This document shows, in pieces, positions 27,422-41,100 of a DNA stretch of 64,000 nt; the stretch's first letter is position 1, and every line of letters begins with the position of its first letter. The DNA lies in assembly GCA_013239625.1 (NCBI GenBank), contig MU053365.1, positions 1,460,115 to 1,524,114 on the forward strand, given 5' to 3'. The DNA is from Lama guanicoe (Eukaryota). The position numbers and the translations under genes were made by a program. The notes beneath the pieces are model-generated. The model was not told the DNA's origin and did no database searches. It saw nothing but the letters and a program-made list of their open reading frames with translations.

Positions 27422-30298
27422 ATTTATTTTTAAAAATTAAAAAAAAATTATTGAGTTGTAGTCAGTTTACAGTGTTGTGTCAATTTCCAGTGTAGAGCAC
27501 AATTTTCAGTTATACATGAACATACATATTTTCATTGTAACATTCTTTTTCATCATGAGCTACAAGATCGTGTATATATTCCCCTGTGCTATACAGTATA
27601 ACCTTGTTTATCTATTCTATATATACCTGTCAGTATCTACAAATTTCGAACTCCCAGTCTGTCGCTTCTTACCCCACTCCCCGTTGGCAACCATAAGTTT
27701 GTATTCTATGTCTATGAGTCTGTTTCTGTTTTGTATTTATGTTCATTATTTTTTTTTTAGATTCCACATGTGAGCAATCTCATATGGTATTTTTCTTTCT
27801 CTTTCTGGCTTACTTCACTTAGAATGACATTCTCCAGGAGCATCCATGTTGCTGCAGATGGCGTTATGTTGTCATTTCTGTGGCTGGATAGTATTCCATT
27901 GTATAAATATACCACCACTTCTTTATCCAGTCATCTGTTGATAGACATTTAGGCTGTTTCCATGTCTTGGCTATTGTAAATAGTGCTGCTATGAACATTG
28001 GGGTGCAGGTGTCTTTTTGAAGTACGGTTCCTTCTGGATACATGCCCAGGAGTGGGATTCCTGGGTCATAGGGTAAGTCTATTCCTAGTCTTTTGAGGAA
28101 TCTCCACACTGTTTTCCACAGTGGCTGCACCAAACTGCATTCCCACCAGCAGTGTAGGAGGGTTCCCCTTTCTCCACAGCCTCTCCAGCATTTGTCATTT
28201 GTGGATTTTTGAATGACGGCCATTCTGACTGGTGTGAGGTGATACCTCATTGTAGTTTTGATTTGCATTTCTCTGATAATTAGTGATATTGAGCATTTTT
28301 TCATGTGCCTATTGATATTCATATGTCTTCACTGGAGAATTGCTTGTTTAGGTCTTCTACCCATTTTTGGATTGGGTTTTTTTTTTTCTTATTAAGTCAT
28401 ATGAGCTGCTTATATACTCTGGAGATCAAGCCTTTGTTGGTTTCATCGTTTGCAAAAATTTTCTCCCATTCTGTAGGTTGTTGTTTTGTTTTGTTTATGA
28501 TTTCCTTTGCTGTGCAAATGCTTGTAAGTTTAATTATGTCCCATTTGTTTGTTCATGCTTTTATTTCTATTGCTTGAGTAGACTGTTCTAGGAGAACATT
28601 TTTGAGATGTATGTCAGATAATGTTTTGCCTATGTTTTCTTCTAGGAGGTTTCTTGTATCTTGTCTTCTGTTTAAGTCTTTGATCCATTTTGAGTTGATT
28701 TTTGTGTATGGTGTAAGGGAGTGTTCTAGCTTCACTGATTTACATGCTGCTGTCCAGTTTCCCCAATACCATTTGCTGAAGAGACTGTCTTTATTCCATT
28801 GTATATTCTTGCCTCCTTTGTCAAAGATTAATTGATCAAAAGTTTGTAGGTTCATTTCTGGGCTCTCTGTTTTGTTCCATTGGTCCGTATGTCTGTTTTT
28901 GTACCAATACCATGCTGTTTTGATTACTGTAGCTCTGTAGTATTGGCTGAAGTCTGGGAGAGTTATTCCTCCAGCCTCTTTCTTTTTCTTCAGTAATGCT
29001 TTGGCAATTCTGGGTTTTTTGTGGTTCCATATAAATTTTATTATGATTTGTTCTAGTTCTGTGAAATATGTCCTGGGTAATTTGATAGGGATTGCATTAA
29101 ATCTGTAGATTGCCTTGGGCAGTGTGACCATTTTAACAATATTGGTTCTTCCAATCCAGGAGCATGGGATATCTTTCCATTTTTTAAAGTCTTCTTTAAT
29201 TTCTTTCATACATGGTTTATAGTTTTCTGTGTATAATTCTTTCACCTTCTTGGTTAGATTTATTCCCAGATATTTTATCACTTTGGGTTCTATTTTAAAG
29301 GGGATTGTTTCTTTACTTTCTTTTTCTGTTGATTCATCATTAGTGTAAAGAAATGCAACTGATTTTTGTACGTTAATCTTGTAGTCTGCTACCTTGCTGA
29401 ATTCTTCGATCAGCTCTAGTAGTTGTTATGTGGCCTTTTTAGGATTTTCTATGTATAGTATCATGTCATCTGCATATAGTGACAGTTTTACCTCTTCTTT
29501 TCCAATTTGGATCCCTTTTATTTCTCTCTCTTGCCTGATTGCTGTGGCTAGGACTTCCAAGACTATGTTGAATAGGAGTGGTGATAGTGGGCATCCTTGT
29601 CTTGTCCCAGATTTTAGTGGGAAGCTTTTGAGTTTTTCACCATTGAGTACTATGCTGGCTGTAGGTTTGTCATATATAGCTTTTGTTATGTTCAGATATG
29701 TTCCCGCTATACCCACTTTGGTGAGAGTTTTTATCATAAATGGGTGTTGAATTTTATCAAATGCTTTTTCTGCATCTGTTGATATGATCATATAGTTTTT
29801 GTCCTTTCTCTTGTTGATATGATGTATTATATTGATTGATTTGTGTATGTTGAATCATCCTTGTGTCCCCTGGGATGAACCCAAGTTGATCATGGTGTAT
29901 AATCTTTTTTATGTGTTGTTGGATTCTATTTGCTAATATTTTAGTAAGGATTTTTGCATCTGTGTTTATCAGTGATATTGGTCTGTAATTCCCGTTTTTG
30001 GTAGTGTCTTTGCCTGGTTTTGGTTTCAGGGTAATGGTGGCTTCATAGAATGAGTTTGGAAGTATTCCCTCCTTTTCAATCTTCTGGAAGAGTTTGAGAA
30101 GGACTGGTATGAGTTATTCTTTGTATGTTTGGTAGAATTCCCTGGTGAAGCCGTCCAGTCCTGGACTTTTATTTGTAGGGATTTTTGTATTTCTAATTTG
30201 ATTTCATTTCTACTGATCAATTTGTTCAAGTGGTCAGTTTCTTCTTGATTCAGTCTTTCTGGACTAGATGATAACCTAGAAGAGATGGACAAGTTTCT
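27422..30298 (-). mobile_element. Young 5'-truncated L1 (~2.9 kb) with a 29 bp 5' inversion and TSD
   Basis: Tail, 3' UTR and ORF2; TSD ctgtcctgYttttt at 27408-27421 and 30297-30310; TTTT/AA endonuclease site. Confidence 0.97.
27864..30265 (-). pseudogene. Disrupted L1 ORF2 (RT and C-terminal zinc-knuckle region)
   Basis: ORF pieces: [70 protein letters not shown]; split by stops and frameshifts. Confidence 0.97.
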
Positions 30299-30416
30299 GT
30301 CCTGTTTTTTTTTAAAATTAGCTATGCTTGGATATTCTTCATCTTGAACATCTATAGCTATTTGTTCTATTTCCTGTCTTCTTGAATGTTGATAAGACAA
30401 CTTTGTGTTGATCCAA

Positions 30417-30832
30417 ATATTAGTCAGGAGTTCTCCAGAGAAAGAGAACAAATAGGAGAAGTCCAGACCCTGGAGAGCTGATGGTATTGATGGTATGATT
30501 CCAGTCTGAGTCTGAAGGCCTAAGAACCAGGAGAGCCAATGGTGTAAGTTCCACTGTAAGTTGAGTCTGAAGGCCCATGTCCAGCTTGAAGACTGTAAGG
30601 TAGAGATAGAGAATTCTCTCTCACTCAGCCTTTTTCTTTTTTTCTATTCAGGCCCTTAAAGGATTGGATGAAGCCTACCCACATGGGGAAGGCAATCTGC
30701 TTTACTCAGTCCACCAATTCAAATGTTAACCTTATCCAGAAACACCCCCAGAGACACATCCAGAAATAATGTTTAACCAAATATATAGGCACCCTATGCC
30801 CAGTCAAAATGGCAGATAAAATTACCCATTGC
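30417..30832 (-). mobile_element. MLT2 (ERVL) solo LTR
   Basis: 'gttctccagagaaagagaac', 'gaaggcctaagaaccaggagagccaatggtgtaagttcca', 'gcaatctgctttactcagtccaccaattcaaatg'. Confidence 0.85.
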
Positions 30833-31919
30833 AATACAAAATACAGAATATTTAGAAACTGTTGGCATACATTGTGAGCAAAATCTGTTCTATGTAGTGG
30901 GTTCATTCATATAGCCTCAAAAGAACTTGCAGTTTTTTAATGGCACATTTTTGTCTTTGAGAAATTGCTGTGATGTCTGATGAGACATGAGATATCATCT
31001 TTGTAAGTTCCCCATCAATTTGCATGGCAGGCACCTCATAGAATAAATTCTGCCCAGTGCTGATCACTGAGTCATTGTCAGTTTGAGTAGGTATCTTTCT
31101 TTTGACATAAATGCACTTCAGTGACATTTAAAATGGAATGAACACTATTCTGGGCAAGAGAACCAAGCAATAAATTTCTCATGCTTTGCAACTCTGAGCC
31201 TTCTCAAGGTAGTGTACCTTCAAATTCAAACATATGGGCAGTATAATTTTATATTCTCCAACAATGCCTTTTTTATACTCATTTCTTTATTGAATTATTA
31301 TTATTTTTTGGCTTTCAAAAGAAGCAGAAGTATAGTAGAGGGCTCTGTGGTCCTCTGAGTCACATCCATAGTTAAGTATTTCCACTTACAGTCTTAAGCC
31401 AATTTTTTAAAAGCTAAAACGGGTTAGGTTTAAGTTGCCATCTGAGTGCAATGTCCTTTATGGTATCAGCATGGTAGCTCTAGAAGGTATAGTATAATAC
31501 TGATGATGCTTGAAGCAAGGCTCCCAAGGGCAAGAGAACAGGGTTAGAGCACAAATTCCACCATACTTGCTTCACAGGATGGGTTAAGTTAAAACTCTTT
31601 GTGCCTTGAATTTTTTATCTACAAAAGTTGCTACCAGATGTCCAAATCACACTGAATGGTTTTGTAAAGAAAAACAAGTCTCTTGAAAAACTCACATTGT
31701 TATGTAGTAATAGATGATTGAGTAGAGCTTTCTAGGCTACAGAGAACTTACAGATGCCTTTCTAAAGTCTCACTATGGTCTAGTGAGGCAGGGCTTGTAA
31801 TAATATGAGCAAACTGAGGGACTGAAAGGTCCTATGACCAGTCATTGGCACATCCAGGACTTGGTCCAAGGTCTCTCCGAGGCTCTTGTACTTTTCGCCA
31901 TACCTTTTTAGAAGAAAGT

Positions 31920-32178
31920 AGATGTGAATGTGAATGTGAATATCTGTGCATGTCTGAGTGTGCAAACATATGTGCACGTGATCATATGTCTACATACTAT
32001 GGGTTTGTATGTGCGTGTTCAGGTACGTGTATGTGTGAGTATGCATGTGTGTATGAGTGCTTAATGTACACACGTGTGCATATTTTTAAGTGTGTGTAAG
32101 GGTGCAGAGTGTACATGGTTGCATGAAAGCATATTTGTGTAAGTGTGCATCCATACGTATGTTTACATGTGTGTGCAC
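31920..32178. repeat. Degenerate (TG)n/(TATG)n simple repeat
   Basis: Direct reading. Confidence 0.85.
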
Positions 32179-32689
32179 CTATCGTGGAAGGAGGAGAGGG
32201 AGACAATAGCTTATGTGAGTCCAAGTTATCCAACTTTCTGATAAACTTTCCTATATGTTTTATTATTTGAGATTCATAAGAGCAAAAAGTTATAAAAATG
32301 TCTCAGAGTCAGTGGATGGCTTCTTTGGCAACAGATGCTCTATTCTTTTTAAAGAAGCTACTTTACAAGATATAAAGTGAAAACACCATATCTAGAAGAA
32401 TTAGAGGTTTTATCAACAAGTACACGAGAATTGCCTGGGAATCTTGTTAAAACTAAAAAAACTCCCAAAACCAAAACACAAAACACAAAAAACTTGGGGT
32501 CCTCTTCAGCACTCTGAATAAGAATCTGTAGGAGCAAGCTCTATGGCTCTATATTTTGGAAAAGCTCCAAAGAAGAAAAGTTCAAACACTTTTGGGTTGA
32601 AACCTTTTATGGAGACTATTTCTTATGAAAAAAAAACACAGCAGTAGTATTTCTGATATACTTATGTTCTTGAAATTAACTGAAAATCA

Positions 32690-33010
32690 GGAGAATGAAA
32701 AACCAAGTAGGAAAATTGTAAAAGTTATATAAGAGCTGCCACTTAACAAAGCACCAGACTTACGAAGATTCACTGGTGAATTTTACTAATAGTTTAAGAG
32801 ATAGAAAATTCAATTATCATTTAAAATTTCCCAGAACATAAGAGATAAAACGAAACCTTCTCAATTTTTTATGAAGTCGTTATATTTTCAATATAAAAAC
32901 TCAACAAAGATAGCACAAAAAAGAAAACTATAGAGCAGTAACAGTTACATTTCAAAGCACACATCCTAAACAAAATGCTATCAAGTAGAATTCATGAACA
33001 TGCTAAAAGA
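32690..33010 (+). mobile_element. Old L1M ORF2 fragment
   Basis: 'aaagcaccagacttacgaagattcactggtgaattttact', 'aaaagaaaactatagagcag'. Confidence 0.65.
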
Positions 33011-33829
33011 AAAATAGAAGGCAAACAAGTGGGAAGTAAGAAAGGGGAATTATCAAATACATGACAGTATATCCACAAAATGGAATATTGTGCACTTATT
33101 AAAAAGGGTGCAGTGACTAATATGGAATGATGTCTGAGATGTATTTTAAGGGACAAAAGTTAAGGTGGAAAATGTGTGGATAGTGTGCTTCAGTGTATGC
33201 TTGATTTGTGTATAAAATTGCTGGAAGTTGCAGAAGAAACTTGTCAGTTGCCTTTGTGGAGTGGAACTGGTAGAATTGGATTCTAGGGGGCAGAAAGAAG
33301 ACTGCATTTTCACCAGACAGCCTTTTTATTATTTACATTTTGTACCATATTCACATATCATTAAACATGCTTTGTGTTTTTTAAAAATCATGTACATGTT
33401 AAGATTTTTTTCAATTAAAGTGTGTGTGTGTGTTTTAGGAAAATCTCTGGTGATCCTGGGCAGTTTGTTGGATCCTTTCATATTGCTGCATTGATTGTAT
33501 ATTGCTGAATGTAAGAAAAAACAAAACGTACCCCAAACCCCAATAAAGGTCATGGCACTTAAGAGCTCTGTTTCCTCACATAATAAAAAATGTGGAGGTA
33601 GGCACTCCAGGCCTGTGCAACTGCTCCGGAAACCATGTTGTGTCTGGTTCTGTGCTCTGTTCTCCCTAGCAAACGGATATGGGAATGGTCTAAGGGAGGA
33701 TACTTTCTTTCATTTCAGTAAATATAAGGTAATTACATAGTTTACAATCTAAGGTGATTGGTGGAGAGCATAAGGCGCTTAGTAAAATCAGTCTTTCTAT
33801 TGGAAGGAACAGCAAGCATCTTCAAATGA

Positions 33830-34070
33830 AAGGAGCACTATGGCTTAGGATATGGACCTTGGAGTAGGACATAGGCTTGAATCCTGTCTTTGCAATAACT
33901 AGCTGGAAACCTTTGGACCAGAGATTTAATGACTTTTAACAGTGATTTCCTAATTTTAAAAAGTGGAGATAATAATTTTTGCCTCAGAAGATTGTTCTCA
34001 GTATTGAATGAGGTAATGCATCTAAGGCTCCAAGAAGGACATCTGACAGATAGTAGGCCATTATCTATCA
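33830..34070 (+). mobile_element. MIR
   Basis: 'ggcttgaatcctgtctttgcaataactagctg...taaaaagtggagataataat...attgaatgaggtaatgcat'. Confidence 0.75.
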
Positions 34071-35419
34071 CTATGGATTTTCTTGTTTTACAAACTTTTG
34101 GTTTTAAATGGTAGCTCTGGTTCATGTAAAAGAGGTAAATATTAGGCATTCGGCCTCTAGGAGTTGTATCCTGAAAGCCTTCCATTCTTTTTTTAAAACA
34201 ACATAACCATGAATAAAGGTATATTCTGTTGATCTGACTCTGAGGCCAAAATGTACACCACTAGAAGGCATTTCATTACTCCTCAGAGTAATTTAGTAAT
34301 TTAGTAATTTACTAAAGATCTATCCATCATTTTACAGAGATTTAAATTTCACAAGGGAAACCAACACGCCACTGAGGGCATTCATGTGTCATGATGTCTA
34401 GAGCAGAGATTAAACAAACAGTTTCCTGTTTGATGTTTGATTCCAACGAGAAGTCTTATGCCTTCATTTCCCTGATAGTCACCTTTCCAGGTTGGACAGT
34501 AGTAGGGTATGTGGTGAACTGACTACTTTAAAAAAAAGCCCTGTAGAGGCCTGAAGTTTGCAACTGTGTGGCAGACAGGACTGGCAAGCCACTGCCACAG
34601 TCCTTTATTGAGGCCACAATAACCACTTCCCAGAAGTCAAAGGGTGTGGAGCTATGAAATAGACACACTATACTTTTTTTTAACCTGCGTTTGTTGTTTT
34701 ACCTTTTTTATATATTTAGAATTGTGTTTAACCAATAGGCAGAGATAGTAACTTAGTAACTTTGGAAACTCTTCCTCAAAGAGAAGTGGATATTAAAATA
34801 GCCATCACTGATTTTAATTGAAAAAGCAACCCCCATGCTGACAGTACCTAATCTGTATGTAATCTGGATAATTTAGTTGGGTGCTTGGAGTCAGTTTGCA
34901 AAGCTCCTTTAGACAGATTTTTTTTTTGTTACTACAAAGAAGAGTGGGTATTAATTGAATATTGAAAATAAATACTGGCAATGCATTATGTCTCTCCTAC
35001 TAGCTTTACAATTTAGCAGGATGACAGATATTTACAGTCCACACTGATAGAAACTTCTCAGAATTAAAAAATATATATAGAACAAGGAATCATTGGAATA
35101 TAAATTGATCAGGATATTCGTTTAGTAGAATTCAGCTCTATGATGGCAAGGAATGAATCTGTCTTTTTCAATATTCTATCCTTGTTTCCCGGCCCAGTAC
35201 AGGGCTCAATAAATATGTATTAGCTGAATGAATAAATAACCTAAGCTATGTGGAGGAAAATGCCAGATCGTACTGCTGTGGTATTTTGATTTCTACATAA
35301 AGAGAAAATCATGTTTATCATCAATAAATACCTGATTAGGAAACCCATATAAATCCAGTTTTTTCCTTCTAGAGGCTTAGTTCTTGACTCCTCTGTTTTG
35401 GCGGAGAAGAACTCTTAAT

Positions 35420-36160
35420 TTCTTTTCCTCAGATATTCTGCAAGACAATCTAAGGCATTTTTAAATTCATTACTCTTCTCCACCTCCTATATTTCATAAG
35501 CCACTAAGTCTTCCAATTCCACTTGAGAACTCTCTGCTGTGTAAAACCTTCTCTCTCTCCTGTCTGCCACTGCTTTAGTTCAGGCAGTCATCATTTCTCA
35601 CTTAAATATATGTTTTGAATATAGACAAATTAATAGCATTTTAACCAGTTTTTCTGCCTCCAGTCTCTCTGCCTTCTAATCTGTCGTCAGTGCAGCAGAT
35701 AATCACATTGATATTTGACTAAATTATTTTTCAATAAATGCAGAATTCTACCAAATAAGATTCTAATGTGTTTTCCAGTCTTCTTTCCTGTCTTTGAACA
35801 TGTCATACTCTTTGCCACCTCAGGGTCCTAACACGTGTTATTTCAAATTCTTGGATTGCTCTCTTCCTCTTTCACCTAGCTGTTACTGACTATTAAGGTT
35901 TCACCTTAAAAATTCCCCTGTTAAGCCTTAATTTAAGCCCTCTAGGCTAGATCAGACCATTCTGCTATAGAATTCTATAATGCTCTGCACTTCTCCTTTG
36001 TAACACTCATAACGCTTCTACTAACTTATACAGTATCTGTCTTCTTTGCTAAATTGTAAAGGAACCGTATCTGTCTTGTTTGTCTCTCTGTCCCCTGTAG
36101 TAAATATGATGATTGGTTTATAGTGGGCACTCAGAAAGTATTTGTTGAATGAATGAATGT
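35420..36160 (+). mobile_element. L2 3' region
   Basis: Ends 'gcactcagaaagtatttgttgaatgaatgaatg'. Confidence 0.8.
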
Positions 36161-36209
36161 TAACTGATATATAAGCATATCGTGTACTATCATGACTTGG
36201 TGACTTTTT

Positions 36210-36593
36210 TTTTTTACATTTTTATTGATTCATAATCATTTTACAGTGTTGTGTCAAATTCCAGTGTTCAGTACAATTTTTCAGTCATACATGGACATAT
36301 ACACACTCATTGTCACATTTTTTTCTCTGTGATTTATCATAACATTTTGTGTATATTTCCCTGTGCTATACAGTGTAATCTTGTTTATCTGTTCTACAAT
36401 TTTGAAATCCCAGTCTATCCCTTCCCACCCTCTACCCCGCCCCCNNNNNNNNNNNNNNNNNNNNNNNNNNNNNNNNNNNNNNNNNNNNNNNNNNNNNNNN
36501 NNNNNNNNNNNNNNNNNNNNNNNNNNNNNNNNNNNNNNNNNNNNNNNNNNNNNNNNTCTACCCCACCCCCGGTAACCACAAGTCTGTATTCTG
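36210..36593 (-). mobile_element. Young lineage-specific L1 3' UTR fragment with a perfect 17 bp TSD
   Basis: TSD tgacttggtgacttttt at 36193-36209 and 36594-36610; contains an N-gap. Confidence 0.93.
36445..36556. other. Assembly gap (112 N)
   Basis: Run of N. Confidence 1.
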
Positions 36594-36669
36594 TGACTTG
36601 GTGACTTTTTATGTGGTATTGTATAAAATCCATATCCAATCTACCTGAAATGTCATTCCTCAATTCTCC

Positions 36670-38175
36670 ATTGAAGTATTGTAATCCTATGAGTATGTAT
36701 TGTGTCCCAATCATGTGCCAGTAACTGTGCTAGATGGTGGAGATATAAAGACAGATAAGATACAGGTCCTCCCATAAAGGAGTACCAGGTATAATTACCA
36801 AATACAGGCAGGTAAGTGAATTATATAATACTCTGTGATGAAAGCACTAATAGGATTTTCTACAAAACATAATAGCGGTGCAAAAGAAGGATTAAGTAAT
36901 TAGAAACACCATTGTTGGGGGTGGCAGTGGAGGAGAGAGTTCAAGGAAGGGGTCACAGAAGAGGTGATGCTTGATTTTGATTCTTAAAGGATCATTGGGT
37001 GTTCCCTATGAGGATAAGCAGAGGGGCAGGTTGTCCCAAAGAATAAGTAGTCAGTGTGATGATGTCATAGCTTGGGTATTCTGGGATGCAGACTCTGAGT
37101 TGGAGTTTAGCGTGCAGGCTATTTATTAAGGAGTACCCTTGGGTTCAATACTTATGGAAGGAAAAAAAGCAGGCCTGATCAGAGGAAGAAGTCCAGTTGA
37201 GATACAGGTCTGGGAGGATATCACAAGGACCTCAGAGGCTGAGATGACTTTATAGGGTTGTGAGTTGTTCCCCCTTGGGCCAAAAGATCCATGTCTTTAT
37301 GCTTCTGCATTGGTCATTAGACGTGGGTTGCCCCTGAGAAGGGGTATGACCTTGAGCAAAGCAGCTCTCTGCAACTGAGGCAGTCCTTCAAAGATCTGCC
37401 AGTAGAGGGCTGTCCACTGATAGAATTCCCAGCAGCCGAGGCAAGAAGTCCTTCCTTGAAGAGGGATCTGGGTGGTACATCATAGATGACAAGAAAGAGT
37501 AAAATAGCTTTCCAAACTTAGAAATAAGCAAGTAATTATTATTATTATTATTTTATTACTGGGGCATAAAGTGGTGGTGTTAGACTGATTGCAAAAGATG
37601 ATGTTGGTGAGATAAGTAGAAGCCAGATTCTGATAAGTTATGCAGTTTGAACAAGTAGAGGGACAAGCAAATGTAAATTCCCAAAACAAGAATAAATTTT
37701 TCATGTGTTAGGGAAAAAAACAAGGTATATTTAGGCAAAGATGATGATATTAGAGCAGTGGTAGTGGGGATGGAGAAGTAATGGAATCAAGACATAGCAA
37801 ACAGGTAGAAATTAAGGAATGTGGTGATTAATTGAATGCATGTGTTTTTGAGGGGACTGACTAGGGGAAAGGAGTGATTGAAAATGCTGCATGGTTTCTA
37901 ACTGAGAGTATTAGGCAGTTGGTAGTTCCATTAACCAAGATAGGCAAAAGGGGAAGAACAGATCTGAATAGGAGGTGAAGCAGATAATGGGCTTAGGTGT
38001 AGACAGGTGGACTTGAACTTACCTGTTATAACTTGAACTTATCCAGGGGAGCTGTTCAGTAGGCAGATGAATATGAGATCTAGAAACATAGGAGAGAAGG
38101 GCTGAGGTCATAAATTTGGGATCCTTAGCACATAGATGCTAACTGAAGCTGTGGTGTCATATGAGAAAGATTTGA
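36670..38175 (-). mobile_element. L2 fragment interrupted by LTR16
   Basis: 'tgtgccagtaactgtgctagatgg', 'tcacagaagaggtgatgcttga', 'gtagttccattaaccaagatagg'. Confidence 0.75.
37063..37485 (-). mobile_element. LTR16A-like ERVL solo LTR
   Basis: 'gcagactctgagttggagtttagcgtgcagg', 'gaccttgagcaaagcagctctctgcaactgaggca', 'gagggatctgggtgg'. Confidence 0.8.
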
Positions 38176-41100
38176 GGGTTGAGGACTTTAAGGGAAGAAT
38201 CCCCAATTCATAGAGGATGGCAAGGACTAAACCTGTTACAACCCCAGCAGTGTTGAACGTAGATCACAGGACTTAATGACTTAAATTAAAACAGTTTCTT
38301 ACAACATAACAAAGTAAACATCAACATAGTTGTAGTTTCCCTTGCTTTCAATGGAAGCATGCTTCCAAGTCTGGTGGGGTAACATGAAAGGCCAAGATAG
38401 TAACTGTTAGGTACATGGTGGGTTCCATTGTACCATAGCTGAAGAAACCAGGGCCAAGGACTCAGCACTTTTTGAGCAAGAGTTGAACATTGTAGCAAGT
38501 AGCAAACAAACCAAGCCAGTAACATTTCCCCAGGGAGTGAACATTTACACAGTAGTCATGCTGTGGTCGCCTTGACCTACTTAGGTGCCTATGTGACTAG
38601 CCACAGAAACAATTTGTATCAGGAGACCCATAAGCCTTGCAGTTTGGCACAGTCCCCAAGGACTTGCAGGGAATCTCAGGGCTGGTGGTGAGCTGCCTCT
38701 CCCTGAAAGGATATGATTTCATTTGACCCTCACAAACACAAGCAGGTAGGCAGAATATGGATCTATGCCCCATTTACAAAGGAGAAAATTGTTCCTGAGA
38801 AAGGAAAACTGACTTTTCCTTCTCTAGCATGTGAAAAAGCCAGGACTGAAACCCAGTTCTTCTGACTTCTGTATATGCTTTTCTTGATACTTAAAATGAT
38901 AAGCATAGCTCACAATTAGGAATTCAAGGCTATGCCCTAGTTCGGAGCAGTCTGAAGTGTGTCAGATCTAGATAGGAATTGCCTTGAATGATTTCTCTAT
39001 AGTTTGGAATTCAGTTCACTCCAGTGAAATTTCACAGCAAGTGAGGCTCCCAAAGCCACCTTAGAATCCTGCAGGGGCAATGCTCAAGGTTAACAATAGG
39101 TGCAAGCAAAAGGAATGAGTGTTGCTAACTTGTACATACTTGCCCTTCAATTTCCCAGAGCTTTCTCTGCTGTGATTTCCGGTAATTGTAGAAAGTAACA
39201 CCACATAGTTTCTCACTGAATGCAATTAACGATTTAATGAAACTTGAATTCATTAACTTGTGTAGATTTTTACAAAATCACCTTGCTGAAGCCTGCCAGT
39301 GTGCCCTAATGACCCATGAACAAGCCACACATATAGTCTAAAAATTCTACAGTGAGTATTTAAAACAAACTCTGCAGTAAATGTAGTGGCTGGGCTGAAA
39401 TATGTCATCTTGTGCTCTTTTAAAAGCTACTTAATTTTTTAATGGAAGGTGCAATTTAGCTGACAGTCATCTCTTTGTTGCTGCATTGGGATAAAGTAGA
39501 TTTAAAGGCATAGAGTAGAGTACACTATAAACAGTAGGTCTTTATGTGGAAAGGAATAAAATAGAAAATGTAAAGAACCCACAGAGAATTGAGGATTTGA
39601 GTCTGAATATTGGTGAGAATGTTTGGTTATTGACTTCTTTCGTTCCTGTAACAGAAAGTTGGTAACAATGGACAGGGAATTAAACAGGATAAGTGGTTCA
39701 CCAAGAATGGAAATATCTTGTTTGAAAAAGAGGTCATAAGGGGATCTATGAAGACCAAATGAAGTTACACACAGTTCTCCATGTTGGAATTAATTTCTGG
39801 TTGTACTAGAAGAATGGGTGAAGACAGGGGTTAAGTCCTGCAAACCAGACTGATCCACTGATGCAGACTAGGGGAGATCCCAAAACTAGGCTATAGCCTA
39901 CAGGTCTAAATCCTGTGTGTTTGTGTGTGTGTATTCCTTATAATTAAAGCTAAGTTTACATTTTAAATTAAATATAAGGAAAACTACAAAAGTCACAGCA
40001 AGATGTGACAGATAATGTTGTTTTGTTAAAACGAAGTCACTTCCTTCATTGTGGAGATGATGTTGATTGCTAAAAGACAGATCTTTTTGAATTCAGCGTG
40101 CCTACACTATGTGCTCTGGGATGACTCAGTTCTGCCATAACATTTCTCTTTTTAAACTATGGTGAAACTTTATATATATATAACAGACTGCCACAATATC
40201 ATTTGGCCTTCACTTGGCTTGAATGCATCATTTATTATTTTATTCCATTCCACTAGATGATAAAAAATGCTTGTTTATTTCTATACATTTTTACCATTAC
40301 AGTAAAAACAGAGAATTAAAAAAAAATAAAAGAGCTATGAGAATGCCTGTGAGCCACACTTTGAGACATAGTACTTCACTTTCAAGTTCCATGGGAAAGT
40401 TAAATTGGAAATATCTAAACTAAACGCATCATTTTCTTCTACCCCACCATCTCCTTATCCTGTGTTTCTCATCTCAGCAGTGGGTACCACCTGATTTATC
40501 TGATCATAACAATAAGAAAACAGATTCACCCTTAACTCTATCCTTCTCTCTGTGATCTACAGGTAATAAAATATCAAGTTTTGCAGAGCTACCTTCCAAA
40601 CATCTCTAGAATTTATCTGACTACTATTGCCACATTTCATGCCATCAACATAGCTAACACTACAATAGTTGCTTTTGTACAACTACCTTCCATCTGGTTT
40701 CCTTGTTTGTCAGAAACCAGGATGGCAAATTGGGTCTTAAACCAAGATCTTACTCAAAATTGGTAGGCTGGATGTTTGGGCACTTACCTTTTAGGATTTT
40801 TACTGACTAAATAAGTCATGAAAAGTACACTGCATGGACTTTGCAAGCCAGTAAACTTCTTGGTTGATTTACTGTTACTTTTTAGTTTGTTTGCAATTGG
40901 CTTCACTCCAATGACCAAAGTACAGGGGAAACGACCATTGATTATCTCAGAGTAATGTTTAGATTACTTATTTCACAGTTGAAAAGGTTTGGGCAAATGG
41001 ACTTGATTAAGCAAAAGAGATTACTCCTAAAATGGAAAAATGATGGTCCTAAGATACTAGGTCCTAAGGTATATAAGGTTCTTTATATTTTTTCCTCTGC

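Noticed and set aside
27864..29791. Longest ORFs in the track (152, 242 and 121 aa)
   Set aside because: Fragments of a truncated, disrupted L1 ORF2, not a cellular gene or active element
34287..34311. (AGTAATTT)x3 and similar short tandem duplications elsewhere
   Set aside because: Ordinary slippage; no spacers, so not CRISPR-like
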